Assembly: GCA_028023455.1 (NCBI GenBank)
Contig: JAQFVV010000007.1
Span: 18,104,001-18,168,000, forward strand
Length of the DNA stretch: 64,000 nucleotides
From: Epiperipatus broadwayi
Lineage: Eukaryota; Animalia; Onychophora
Direction: 5' to 3'
In this document: positions 38,764 to 51,200 of the stretch, piece after piece
Numbering within the stretch: the first letter of the stretch is position 1
Layout: each line of letters opens with the position of its first letter
The notes under the pieces: model-generated
The model's database searches: none
Seen by the model: only the letters and a program-made list of their open reading frames with translations
Told to the model about the DNA's origin: nothing
Program-made: the position numbers and the translations under genes

Positions 38764-39321
38764 CATATACTAACCTGTTTGATATGCTATTACTAACACA
38801 GTTGAATGTATTTGGAATATTTAAATAAAGTTAAATTTTTCTAAAGACATTCAATACTCATATTAGACGATGGAAATAGTCCAATATAAAAATACAACTT
38901 TGTTTTTAACTTGTTTAAGGACCAACTCCTCTCACTCTTATTTGAAATATCCTAGTGACAATTTTGGATTTGCTTTTTTCATATTGGACTGTAACATTGT
39001 CTATTCATAAAAAGTACTGAAATATTTCTTATTTGAATTTCATTTTTAAAATGAAAGCAAATTTTAACAGAGACATTGTAAAAGATTTAAAATATGTTGT
39101 AAAATTCAAAATTAAACTTATTATTATTATTAAAATTTCATAAAAAGTTTTTATATCAGCATTTATGAAAGCAATTCTTGTTAGCCAGTAAAAACAGCTT
39201 CGCTTTACCATAATTAAGTTTTTGTGATTTGTCTTTTTAAAAATATTTTATAATCAAATCGTAATCATGTAGTTTTTTGGTTTAAAATAAATATTTTACA
39301 AATATTTTAAATGAATAAGCT

Positions 39322-39578
39322 TAACACAGAGACAAATCTCTATACAGTAACGCCACTCAGTGTAAGCCAGAGTAAGCACTGGATGCAAAGAGGTTTGTGC
39401 ATAAAATTTCTATCTAATGCCTGCTCATCCAATATGCCTAGACTAGTTTCTAACTTCTTTCATCATTGATTACTCTGGCTTGCATTGAATGGTGCTTATT
39501 GTATGGAGAGTTTTGCTTCTGTGTAAATAGGTTGTGTAAGCATAGAGAATGGTGATGATGTGATGTTTAGGGATTAAA
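39322..39578. mobile_element. Family C hairpin copy with truncated HHR
   Basis: gccagagtaagc / gattactctggcttgcat inverted; ctagactagtttcta remnant. Confidence 0.75.
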
Positions 39579-40259
39579 TAAGCTTAAATATGTAAATATA
39601 TTACTTTATAATTTCCTTTCAGAAATACCAAAACAATAAAACATGCTCTTAAATGCAGGGGTCAAATAATCTACTAATCAGTGATGTTATAAACTTCTTT
39701 GTGTTTTGGTACAATCAATCAGACATTATTAGCTAACTTTAAGGTTCAAAATTACCGTGATATTTGTATGAGGTCTATACAATACTGATTATATTTTTTT
39801 AAAACCAATAATTTTAGAAACAATTTCTATACAAAAAAAATGTATACTGGTAAACTAACATTATAGATAACTACAAAACAGTGAAGAAAAATCAAAGCAA
39901 ATGTAGCATGATCATAATGTCCCGAATGCATTAAAATTTATAAGAAAGTGTCTGACTTTCACTCTTTCACATTAATCTGTAGAAATAAAACTTAAATAGA
40001 GTAGATTAAAAAATAATTTTATAAAACTGATAATCTTTGCAATTTTTGGCAAAGAGATAGGACAATTATCAAAAAAATTATTTATTTAGCACTGAGGTGG
40101 GCAATCTGCAATCCATGGGGCACAAGCAGGCCAATGGAACTATTTCATATAGTTCTTATACAATGTCAACCTCAATATTATTTTAGTGCAGCTGCTGAAT
40201 TTGATGTCAAAATTGTTAAAATTATTGCTAAAAAATAATCAAATGATTTTATTTTAACA

Positions 40260-40735
40260 TGGACTTTCAAGCTACCTTCAGCTATCCACTTTATCTCATA
40301 CATCCAACACATATAACCACACACATATGATAAAGATAAATGATCTCCAATATACATATTTTGTGCTGAACCAGCACTCATCAATTGGCCCAGTTTATCA
40401 TCTCTCACATGTATATATAATGAGTGTTCGGTTTATATTAAGATGGCAAATCTTCAATCTCATCATCAGATATTTAATGGTATGGATAGCTGAAGAGTTG
40501 GGGGGGGGGGGGTGGAGTAGATTGAAGCATGTTTATTAAAGTTTGAAGATTTGCTATCTTATTTTAAATTGAGTACTGATTATAGATATGTGTAGCAGTT
40601 GATGATCTGGACCCACTGATGAATGCTGGTTCAGTCCAAAATACATATATTGGAGATAATTTATCTTTATCATATGTGTTGTCATGTGTGTCATAGCTGA
40701 AGGGAGCTTCAAAGTCTGTGTTCAAATCCTCTATA
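40260..40735. mobile_element. Family B (subfamily b) fold-back with HHRs at 40347-40388 (-) and 40612-40653 (+)
   Basis: Two inverted arms around a G-run; both cores carry substitutions (TTGATGA/AAAA; AAAA). Confidence 0.85.
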
Positions 40736-42003
40736 TTACATTTAAAGATCAAGTATATGAATTATGCTTGTATTTCAAACATATAACTGGTATTTTATAA
40801 GAAGTTTGAAATATAAACATCTGTTGTGAAAAAACTGGGCTGCAACCCATGGATATTTAGATGCAGAATCCATCATTCTACCATTATACCATACCATGCA
40901 CTATAATAATTATACTAGTTATTAATAATATGATTGGTAAAAAAAAAATCATTAACTTTTAATTTTTTTTTCTTATTCTATTTCAATAAATTTAATGATT
41001 TTGATTTAATTTTATGTTGATGTAGACATTGTTTCATCATTCAAGTAAATAAAATCTGGAAGTCATGTAATATCGCATCATACAAATGTCACTTTAGTCA
41101 ACATTACAGAATTGAAAATTGAGCTAAGAGTAAACTCACTGCATGATGAAAGTTGATCCAAGTTTAACTCTTTATTCTGTATTGTATTCTCATTTCTTAG
41201 AAATATAAATTTACAAATGAAAAACATTCTTAAAAATAACATTTCATCATTGCAAATATAGAAAAACAATGTAAATATATAGCCAGAACAATAGATTTTG
41301 TTCTTTCACAATCACCAATAAAAATATTTTACAATCAAAATAAAATTTGTTTAATTGTATTTCTAAAATTCAAATGAATGATTATTAATAAAACAATGAA
41401 ATTCTGTTTTATGGAGATATTTCTTTTTCATTCAATTGCAAATTCCTGCTTACTGTTATTACATTTGTTTTGACTTCTTCTTTAAAAACAAATATTTTCA
41501 AATAATATTTGAATGTAATCATAAATACTTTTGTCTTAAAATAAATATTTTATCAATGTTTTGCAAAAATAATTATAAATACATAAAAATATTATGAAAT
41601 CAACAAAAGACGAATTCTTATTCACAGATTCTGAGAACAGCCAATCAGCAGCATTGTTGATTTTTTATATGTGATGTGGTGCACTGTGACTTCTCCTTAA
41701 AAGGAGTTAGGAGTCTCTCAGCAACTATGCCCAGAGAAACCTGTTAGCCACGTTATCTTCTATTCCCCACTCTTAAGTTTTCCCATATTCTGCTCCATCC
41801 CATTTCCAGAACATAATCTTTGTCAACTCTATGGCTGTTATAACACATGATATATATATATATAATAAAAATGTTATGGTACTAATTCTAAAATATGCAG
41901 CAAAAATTTGCAGGAAATAGAATTCTGAAATCATTTCTTTATTTCATACAAGTGTATAACTGTAAACAAGTCTGTTATAACACTGTGCATATAATAATAA
42001 AGG

Positions 42004-42560
42004 TAAAACAGGCAAAACCTTCTGCACTGAGAGGCACTACTGTATGGAGAGTTTTGCCCATTTTAATAACAGTTATGAGAAAGCATAAGAAATGGTGATC
42101 ATGTGATGTTTAATGGTTTAATACCAATCCTGCCTAATAGAATAGTGATGGCTATGGTCATTAAAGAACCAAAGATACCAAAATGTATGGGTACTAAACT
42201 GAGTTCAGACTTATATGACTATATAAGCTAATGAGCTTGGATTGAAAATCTTATTGTTTTCAATTCTCATAGTTTTGTAGTTAAGTAGAGATAAAAGGTG
42301 GCTGCTGGAGGGTTGCATTAGATCCTAAAATTTAGGTGCAGTGCTCTCAGATTCAAGGCTCCTTTCTGATGAAAGCCATAAGCTAGAAACTAGTCAGGCA
42401 ATATTGGATGAGTATGCACTAGATAGGGATTTCATGCACAAGCCTTCTGGCATTCATTGATTACTCTGGCTTGCACTGGTGGCACTACTGTATGGAGAGT
42501 TTTGCCTCCTGTTTGAGTAACAGTTATAAGCAAGCATAAGAAATGGTGATCATGTGATGT
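42004..42560 (+). mobile_element. Family C HHR element, opposite orientation; HHR at 42361-42400
   Basis: CCTTT-CTGATGA-AAGC cataa GCTA-GAAA-CTAG-TC-AGGCA; ~450-nt terminal redundancy; inverted head. Confidence 0.85.
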
Positions 42561-42964
42561 AATAATAAAGTTACAGTAGTAATTCCAAAATACAGGGCAA
42601 AAAGTTGCAGTAAATATAATTCTGAAATTGTTTCATTATTTCACATGAGTGTATAATTGTAAGCAAATCTTTTATAACACAGGATATATATAATAATAAA
42701 GTTAATAATTCCAAAAATATAAGCCCTTCGGGTTAATTTTCATTTTAAAAGAAAAAAAAATCTAATGCATTTGACAATATAGTAAATATTTTTTTTTTTT
42801 ACCAGAGGTTCACATGTGTGCTGTGTCTGCATTCTGATTGGTTATTTGACAGATTTATGATCAGATTATCTTAGAGCTTCTTCATGTTTCAGCACAAAGC
42901 TGCTGTGATTTTACTGAAATATATTTGCAAAACAGATAAATAACATTTGTATAGTATTTTCTTT

Positions 42965-43075
42965 CTCTTTCTGACTAGGACTTATTTTCAGGATAGGGCT
43001 TATATTACAAACATCCTAAAAATTGTGCTAGAGTTTATTTTCTGGTTAGATCTTATTTTCAGAGAAGTACAGTAG
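42965..43075. mobile_element. TcMar (pogo/Tc2-like) terminal remnant
   Basis: Repeated cttattttc motifs ending in gaagtacagta. Confidence 0.35.
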
Positions 43076-43356
43076 TCATAGCACACAGGTTAGCATATAA
43101 CACAAAGTTGGAAGGTGTTTTAATCTCCCTGTTTGTGGTATTGCTAGCAGGAGCAGTGACAATATTAATATGGGAATAGAACTTGCATCATTAGATTTTG
43201 AATGTTTAATTTAAGGCGATGTTCTATCTAAGGCTATTTTTAATCATACCACTAGTAATTATATATATAGAAAGAATAGTGAGTTGAGAATAAAGTGTTT
43301 AGAATATATTTTTAACAACAAAGTATTTGATTAAAATAAAATTAATAATAGTACTG

Positions 43357-43640
<284 letters not shown>

Positions 43641-44418
43641 AAATTTACACATTTGTATGAATATAAATAACTGTATCTATAAAAGACTTAATTGATATAC
43701 ATTTCTAGATGCACATTATTTCCAATTGTTAGTTCTAATAATTTGCATACTATTAAAATATATGTTACTAAATTAATTTTATAAATTCAGTATGCTATTA
43801 GGCACGCTTCCAATTTAATATATATCTTAAAATATTTTTAAAAATATAACATTATATCATGATCAATTCATATAATTTACAAATAGTAATGATTTAACAT
43901 ATAAATTAAAATACATAGATATATTAAACAAATTTTGAAATTCTTATCTTACCTAGGATTTTGCATGAAATCATTGTATATATATGTTTAAAAACTAGAG
44001 TTATTAAAAGCATTTTCTTATATGAGAATTCCTTTGCAGTATACCATTTCTTAAATATTAAAGCCTTCAATAATTTTAATTTTATAGATTCACTCATCTT
44101 GCAATTGAAAACAATTTTTATAGTTTGATTATTGTTAACTCTCTCTCTCTATAAATTTGTGCTGTGCTTGAAACAAAATATCTGTAAGTTTTCCATATAA
44201 ATAGTAATATATGTTTGTGATAAACTCTATTATAATTTTTAATTGAAAGGTGATTCAATAGATGGCATCATTCAATCACTTGTAAGTGCAGACAGCAAGT
44301 AATCCAAAAATGTTTGTTAAGCAGTTGTTATTGCATCAGTTCCCTGTGTGGCTTATCGCACTAGAATAATTCAGATTCTAGAACTACAGGTCCATGAATT
44401 ACAATTCAGCTCTGTTAC

Positions 44419-44446
44419 CTTAGGCATTCAAACTTCCTATGAACTC
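44419..44446 (-). CDS. Candidate small exon (EFIGSLNA* if entered in phase 0)
   Basis: Strong acceptor ttttatttctcag| and donor aag|gtaaca. Confidence 0.25.
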
Positions 44447-45107
44447 CTGAGAAATAAAATCATTCACTTATTTTTTATTATATGAGAGTAAATAATAGTG
44501 ATAATGATTAGTTTAATCTCTTCTCTGCTCTTTTTGTGATCTTCACTTTCACTTTGATATTACTGCAAATAATTCAGGACTTTTTATTTTTACAATATTT
44601 TATTGGAAAACAACTTTGAGAAATAAAGAAAATTTATAAAAATGCATTTATGTAATTGGAAAAGTAATGGACTAAAATAAAATAAAAATGTATTGGTATA
44701 TTTAACCATAAAGAAAACGGGGAGTTGTTGAATCATTTATTTTCAAGGTAAATATACCAATACAAATTATGAGGAGAAAAAAAATCATCTTTTAGTTTTA
44801 GTATATTACTGTTCAAATTAAATAAAAATGTTTTTTTATATGTAAAATATTTTTTATATAAATTTTGTTTATTTCTAGAATTCAAATATTTAGCAACATA
44901 TTTTTTGGTAACTATTTATATTGAAATTTCAAAACAGAGAATGTACAGAATATCATAGTCTTTCTATATTTTGAAATGAAATTTGGGTATATGTTTAATA
45001 TCATTTATAAGATTTTTCTGTTTTTGAGGGCAACATTTGAAAAAAGCAAATTTGAAGATTTCATTTTTCATATGTATTCTTTCTATTTTAATTAACTGTA
45101 AACTTAC

Positions 45108-45177
45108 CAAACTGATATTATATACTTTGCAATTTGGTCCAGCAATACCATTAGATTGAATAATCAGCTGGGCAACC
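45108..45177 (-). CDS. Candidate exon VAQLIIQSNGIAGPNCKVYNISL, unknown product
   Basis: Acceptor tatttcag|, donor ttg|gtaagt, single open frame (phase 2 to 0). Confidence 0.3.
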
Positions 45178-45504
45178 CTGAAATATTTCACTGTCACACC
45201 ATATTGTCATTATATATAAAATTTGCTGGAAATCAATTTGACAGAAGTATATTAAAAAAAAGAATTACAAGATTTAACTGAAACAAACAAGTAGTTTATA
45301 GTCTTTTATGTGAACTGAAGCATTCCTATAGCACTGCTATTATTTTTAGCTTTTCTTCTCTATTTTGAGCCCACCTATAATGCTATTTTGCCAATTCACA
45401 TTTATTTAACACAAGAAATTGTATTAAAATTATTAATTGTAATAGCAATTGTAAGTTATCAGCATCATACAGATATCCAGATTTTAAAATTCAAAGCAAC
45501 TAAC

Positions 45505-45597
45505 AATTCTCTGATTGATTGTATCATAATACAAAGAAAACAATATTCCTGATTGATAGATTCCATGTTCTCAGGGCTTTGAAGAGTGAATGGTTTA
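45505..45597 (-). CDS. Candidate exon KPFTLQSPENMESINQEYCFLCIMIQSIRE, unknown product
   Basis: 93 nt, phase 2-2, joins in frame to 45108-45177; donor att|gttagt. Confidence 0.2.
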
Positions 45598-47509
45598 CTA
45601 ATATTACTTAAAAAAAAAAACAATATATTTTTGCTTATTTATGCAACATATATGTAGAATTTTTAATTTAAAATCAAAAAAAAATTGTGATTATAATTAA
45701 ATTTTATTGAAAAGTGAGATAAGTGAAATAAAACTGTAACTATGGTAACAGAAGTTGAGATTGATTTTCTGAAAAAGAAATGCTTTCATAAACACCAGTG
45801 CTGATTATTGCCATTTTAAAACAAAATTTTGTTGATTTTTGATATCTAAACAAAAATTCATTTTGATTTTAAAAATGAAATTCAAATAAATAATTTGTTC
45901 AATATTTGTTATAAATCAACAAATGCAACTGTTGAATTCAAATATTATTTTTTAATTTTTTTTTCAATTGTAAACTTATATTTGTAATAAATAATGTAAA
46001 GATTGTCAAAATATTATAAAGAATAAAGGTTTAATTGTCAAAATAAAATATTGCAATTATAATCAAAATAGCCACCAGGAAATTTAAATAAGAGTGGGAA
46101 CAGTTTGCAAACAAGTTAAACAAACATGTTTAATAAATGACTTGTTACAAAAAAAACCCACAATTTAACATCTATTTAATTAGATGCACTCAGAAATTTA
46201 AATAAAAAGCTTTTTTTTACAAAAAGAAAGAGATTTCTTATCCTAAAAGCAAGTCATTAGAAAATTCCTTACTTTAAAATAAACAAATACACTTTAAAAT
46301 GTTTCAAAAACATTAGAAAAAGTTTTAAATTTGCTCTATAAAATCTATTGGCAAATTTTTCAAAAATCAAAAAAAGAAAAATTATTTCATTTTTTTTTCA
46401 CTTTTAAAAACAAAAATATTAAAAGCTGTGAAATCTAATGAAATATTTGTATAAGGATATTAATATTGTTAAAATTATATTATGATAATTGAGATTAAAA
46501 TGTTTCATTATATATAATAAAAAAATTTAATATGTAAAGAGTTATAAAGCAATGTCTTAATTCCGCAGTAGGAATTAATCTTAGATTTGTATATGATATT
46601 ATGTGTGTTATTGATTTAAGATATCAAAATTTTGTGAATTTAATTTAATTAATTTGAAGAAAGAAATGATGCTTTTAAAATTAAAATAATAGCTAACAAA
46701 TTTCTTTTAGCACTAAAATGTAAAAAATGAATTTTCTTCAGTTTTTGTAAATTAAAATCAGGGGGCACTCATCTTCAGAAATACTTTTAGTTCCACTTTC
46801 TAACAATTTTTATGGGCTTATTATTAATAACACTTATAATTTAATATTTTTAACTTAATATTCTTTATTGTTTTGCTACTATGTGTATAAAAAGAAGTTA
46901 CTTCTATTTATGTAAAGTATAACTAAAAATATTTCTAAAATGAGCACCCTCTGCTTTTAATTTGTGAAAGCAGAAGACAGTTTATTTTTTACTTTTTAGT
47001 GCATTTGTAAATAAAATATTTCTTTAATTTTCCCTTTATCTTTTTAGTTGTATAAATACATGAAACATATAAATATAAATTTTAAAAAAATTAGTTGATC
47101 TAGTTTTCAATGAATCATTTAGTTTGTAATTACAAAAAGTATAACTAATACTACAAGTAATAATGTTACATATAAAATTAAAATTGTTTTATTAATTTTT
47201 TGTTAAAATTATTGCAAATGTTTTAAAATAGATATCGTTATTGGGAATACATATGCATTTAAAGTTTTAACTAGGTCAAAAATTGGGAAGTGGGTGAAAA
47301 TTGAGTTACAAGATTTTATCTAGACAAAGACTAAAAAAACAGATTAAGTATATAGATAAAAATATTACAGAATGGATTTTATTCATCTTAATATATATAT
47401 CATATTTAAAGAAACCAAGTCCTAGGGCTTTTAATCACAGTGACTAGACTGTTTTAAATGAAACAAATATTGGAGATAACAGAAATAAATAAGTATATCT
47501 CATGACTCC

Positions 47510-47725
47510 ATTTTACTCAGGGCTACTATCTCAGTAGCACATTTTCTTTCATTCACCACATCTATGCCACTTATTGTCAAGTGATAGTGCTTAATAAATC
47601 TATTCTATGGCTGCTAGAAAAAAGGTGCATTAGATTCACAAAATCCAAGTGCACTTTTCCAATATCCAAAACTTATTACTGATGAAAGCACAAGCTTGAA
47701 ACTGGTCTAATAGGTGGCATAGATA
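47510..47725 (+). mobile_element. Family C-related diverged remnant
   Basis: Similar to the 11935-12505 and 6420-6520 copies. Confidence 0.5.
47673..47713 (+). ncRNA. Type-I hammerhead ribozyme, family C variant
   Basis: TTATTA-CTGATGA-AAGC acaa GCTT-GAAA-CTGG-TC-TAATAG; all helices pair. Confidence 0.8.
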
Positions 47726-47754
47726 TGGAAAAATTGAGAAATATGGAAAAAAAA

Positions 47755-48615
47755 TATGTTGTAGAGATGTCTGCCCATCCTTGCATATGTATTAAATGGA
47801 TTATGTCCTGTACATGTGGGGTTCAGATTGACCTTAGGTCAACATGGGTGTGACAAGAATCTCAGTCTCAGGGTGGCCTTTGAGCATTCCATCATCAGTG
47901 TGGAATAGATTGAAGCCTGTCCATTAAAGTATGAATATTGTCTATCTTAATATATATCTGAGCACTTATAGTATATATGTGTGGAGATGATAAACTGGAC
48001 CAACTGATGATTGCTGGTTTAGCATGAAATACGTACATTGGTGATTATTTACCTTTTCAATATATGTTTAAGTGTATCAGTGTTATTAGATAGAGTGGAG
48101 AGTGGTGGGTCATGTGAAAGTCTGTGCTCATATACCCTATATATTATGTATATATAGACACAGGTATATAATAAGCCAGTGTTTCAGTTATTACATTGTA
48201 GAGATGTCTGCCCATCCTTTCATATGTATTAAATGGATTATGTCCTGTACATGTGGGGTTCATATAAACCTTAAGTCAACAAGGGTGTGACAAGAATCTC
48301 AGCCTCAGGGTGGCCTTTGAGCATTCCATCATCAGATTTTCAATTGGATGGATGGTTGAAGAATTGGAGTGTGGAGTAGATTGAAGCCTGTCCATTAAAG
48401 TATGAAGATTGTCTATCTTAATATATATCTGAGCACTTATAGTATATATGTGTGGAGGTGATAATCTGGACCAACTGATGATTGCTGGTTTAGCATGAAA
48501 TACATATATTGGTGATTATTATCTTTTCAATATATGTTTAAGTGTATCAGTGTTTGAAGATAGGGTGGAGAGTGGTGGGTCATGTGAAAGTCTGTGCTCA
48601 TATACCCTATATATT
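47755..48615 (+). mobile_element. Family B tandem dimer (471-nt period); HHRs at 48000-48041 and 48471-48512
   Basis: gtagagatgtctgccc at 47761 and 48198; CTGATGA at 48004 and 48475. Confidence 0.92.
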
Positions 48616-48959
48616 AAAGAAAAAGAATGTAATTAGTTTGAACCATACTATTAAGAAAAAATATTAAGAGTCCTGTAAATGGCTTATATGTTTGTGAGTC
48701 TGATGTAGAACTCCTACATTTTACTATTACCACTATATGATAGGTAGCTGCTTTGAACCCATATTGATATTGCTTATACCATTATAAGTATTAAAAATTT
48801 AATGTAAAGATAAAATAAAGACAAATCCAAAATCAACAGATCAGATTTATTTCCACTTGACCAATAAAAGATGATATAAAGAGAGGAGAATATTTACTAA
48901 ATTGTTATTGAAAATAACATTTTGTACAGTCCTTCATGAAGGAGGCAACAATAATTGAT

Positions 48960-49215
48960 AATCACTTAATCTCATATCAACTGTAAAATGTTTCTAGCTG
49001 CTAGTTGTATCCTCAAAGGGACCCTTAAACTTTTCATTAAACAGATATATCAAATTGTCTGTCAAAATCCTTTCCCCCTAACAATTGACTTTTAAATTTT
49101 GCACTATAACATTCTCAGAGATATCCTGTTTGAAATCTGCATTGATCATTTTGCTTTCAGCCATGAACATAATATCATATCTTAAAGAATTCCAACAAGA
49201 TAAATTTTCTTACTT
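48960..49215 (-). mobile_element. LINE AP-endonuclease remnant
   Basis: YDIMFMAESKM...RGKG resembles APE DI...ET and G.GG motifs. Confidence 0.35.
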
Positions 49216-49384
49216 ATTTTAAATATGAGCATAATATAACAAAAGAAATATTATAGTTTAGCAAATCCTAAACCATTTGCTAATAATGTATGGTTCATAT
49301 TGCTAGAATATGTGGGAGTGGTTACATAAGATTTATGAATTAATAATTTTTACTTTTTGTTATTTTTTACCATTATCAATCTAT

Positions 49385-49660
49385 AATACAGTCTTCTCAA
49401 AGATTAATCCAATTTATTTTATCAATAGTTTTTTTTTTTTCATCATTCCAGAAAGTTTCTTTATGTCATTCATCCACTTCATACATAATCTTAATCCAGG
49501 TCTTTTAAATATCTTGGGATTAAGTTTAAAATTTCAATTGTCTTTTATCAACATTCTAGTCTGATTTCATTTCAACTTTTTATCTATCAATAATATCAGT
49601 GATACCTGTTATTGTCTCACCCATGTATTTTGCTTTCTATTCCTCTTTGTTCCACATCTT
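49385..49660 (-). mobile_element. RTE 3' fragment (old)
   Basis: Homology to aacaggtgttactgaccttattga and acaattgaaattttaaac. Confidence 0.65.
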
Positions 49661-50059
49661 CATTGTAAGGATTATTTCTAAAGCATTCTCAGTAAGTAAG
49701 TGTGATCTTGATTATTTCCATTGGGAATATATCATAGAGCATGAGAATACACTGGAGGGCTACAATTTGTCATAATGTTGAAATATTTCAGAAAAATAAA
49801 AAAGTTTTTTTCAGAAGAAATTAAAAGACAGCTTGCAAAATATCAAATAAACAGAAAAATGAGTAGCTTCTTCTATATGTAGACGTATTTGTGGTCACAG
49901 ATTTGTTTATGTAGTCACCACAAAACTCATTTTTTGAGCAGTTTTTTTTCTTGGAGTTGGAATGACTATATATAACTGTCATTGTACAACTGTCTATCCT
50001 TTGTTAGATGATCTGTAATCTTTATATCACATCTCTGTTTACATATTTATTAAAAATTT

Positions 50060-50215
50060 TCCTTTCCAAACACATAGGCATATTTTTTCCAAATAACTTT
50101 ACTTCTGCCAAAAACATCTTATATATAAGTTTTCTTCTATGAATTATTTTATCCACTGTGTAATAATGTCTAAGATATCCATCCAGAATTGTTAACTTTC
50201 CCTAATTCGATACTA
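50060..50215 (-). mobile_element. RTE RT fragment (old)
   Basis: ttccaaacacataggcatattt is the reverse complement of the GNMPMCL coding region. Confidence 0.6.
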
Positions 50216-50439
50216 TCAATAATTATTTTTTTATTTAAAAACAAAAAACAAAACACTATTGGGCATTATTTTAATCCTTTTAGCATCTATCTTTAATCCT
50301 GTGTATACATATAAATGCTGATAAGAAAGCTAATCTGAGTATTATAGTTTCTTATAAATAAATTAAAAAAAAATCTTTCATTTTATGGGTGAAAAACAGG
50401 AAATAAAATATTTTAATATAACTTCTCCAAAGGCAATTA

Positions 50440-51200
50440 AAAGGCGAGGTTTTTGCTGGTACGTTTTTATATTTATTTGTTATTCTAAATACTGCTTAAA
50501 TAATTTATCCAAAGACTTAGAGCAAAATTCGATTCTCTTTAGAACATAAAATCCAATTTGTCCAAAATAGCTTGCAGTCCTTTAACTTGATGACATCCAT
50601 CTGAAATAATTTTCTGTGTGAAAAATTTATGCTAATCGAGGAGTTTCAGCACGAATCTATTAAAAATATTTTTATTATAAGTATATAGTACACACACACA
50701 TTTATGTGCTAGAATAGCTTTCTAATAACAGAACAATTCTGTTCAATTCTCAAGTAATAAAATTAAAAAATATATATCAGACTAGAACTTTAAGATATTA
50801 AAAGGCGGCATGATTTACCAAATATGGAACGCGATAAGAAAACATCTAAAGTCATAATATATTAATCACACTACTAACATTACTAATTTATATAGATAAA
50901 TTCTAGATTATAAAAGGATGAGAAGCGTGAACAGAATGTCTCTAATGGTAAAACTATTTAGATGCAGAAAAGAAAAGAAAATTGTTGCGTTATATATTCT
51001 CAGGAATACACCTTATGAATAATCAGATGAATTCCTAACTAGTCTCACACGACAACCACGAACATGCATGTATGTATAAGCACGAACATGCATGTGTGTA
51101 TATGCACGAACATGCATGTGTGTATATGCACGAACATGCATGTGTGTATTATACACACATATAATGATTGCAATATCATTACGTTAAAACGTATTGCATT
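50440..51200. promoter_or_regulatory. CpG-retaining promoter-like region
   Basis: Elevated CG; candidate plus-strand donor gctg|gtacgt at ~50459. Confidence 0.35.
51057..51149. repeat. 24-bp tandem repeat x~4 (cacgaacatgcatgtgtgtatatg)
   Basis: Units begin at 51057, 51081, 51105 and 51129. Confidence 0.95.

Larger units (their letters stand above)
38420..38899. mobile_element. Family A fold-back element: tRNA-derived head plus HHR
   Basis: Long inverted arms (agttgtatttttatattggactatttcc / ggaaatagtccaatataaaaatacaact). Confidence 0.85.
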
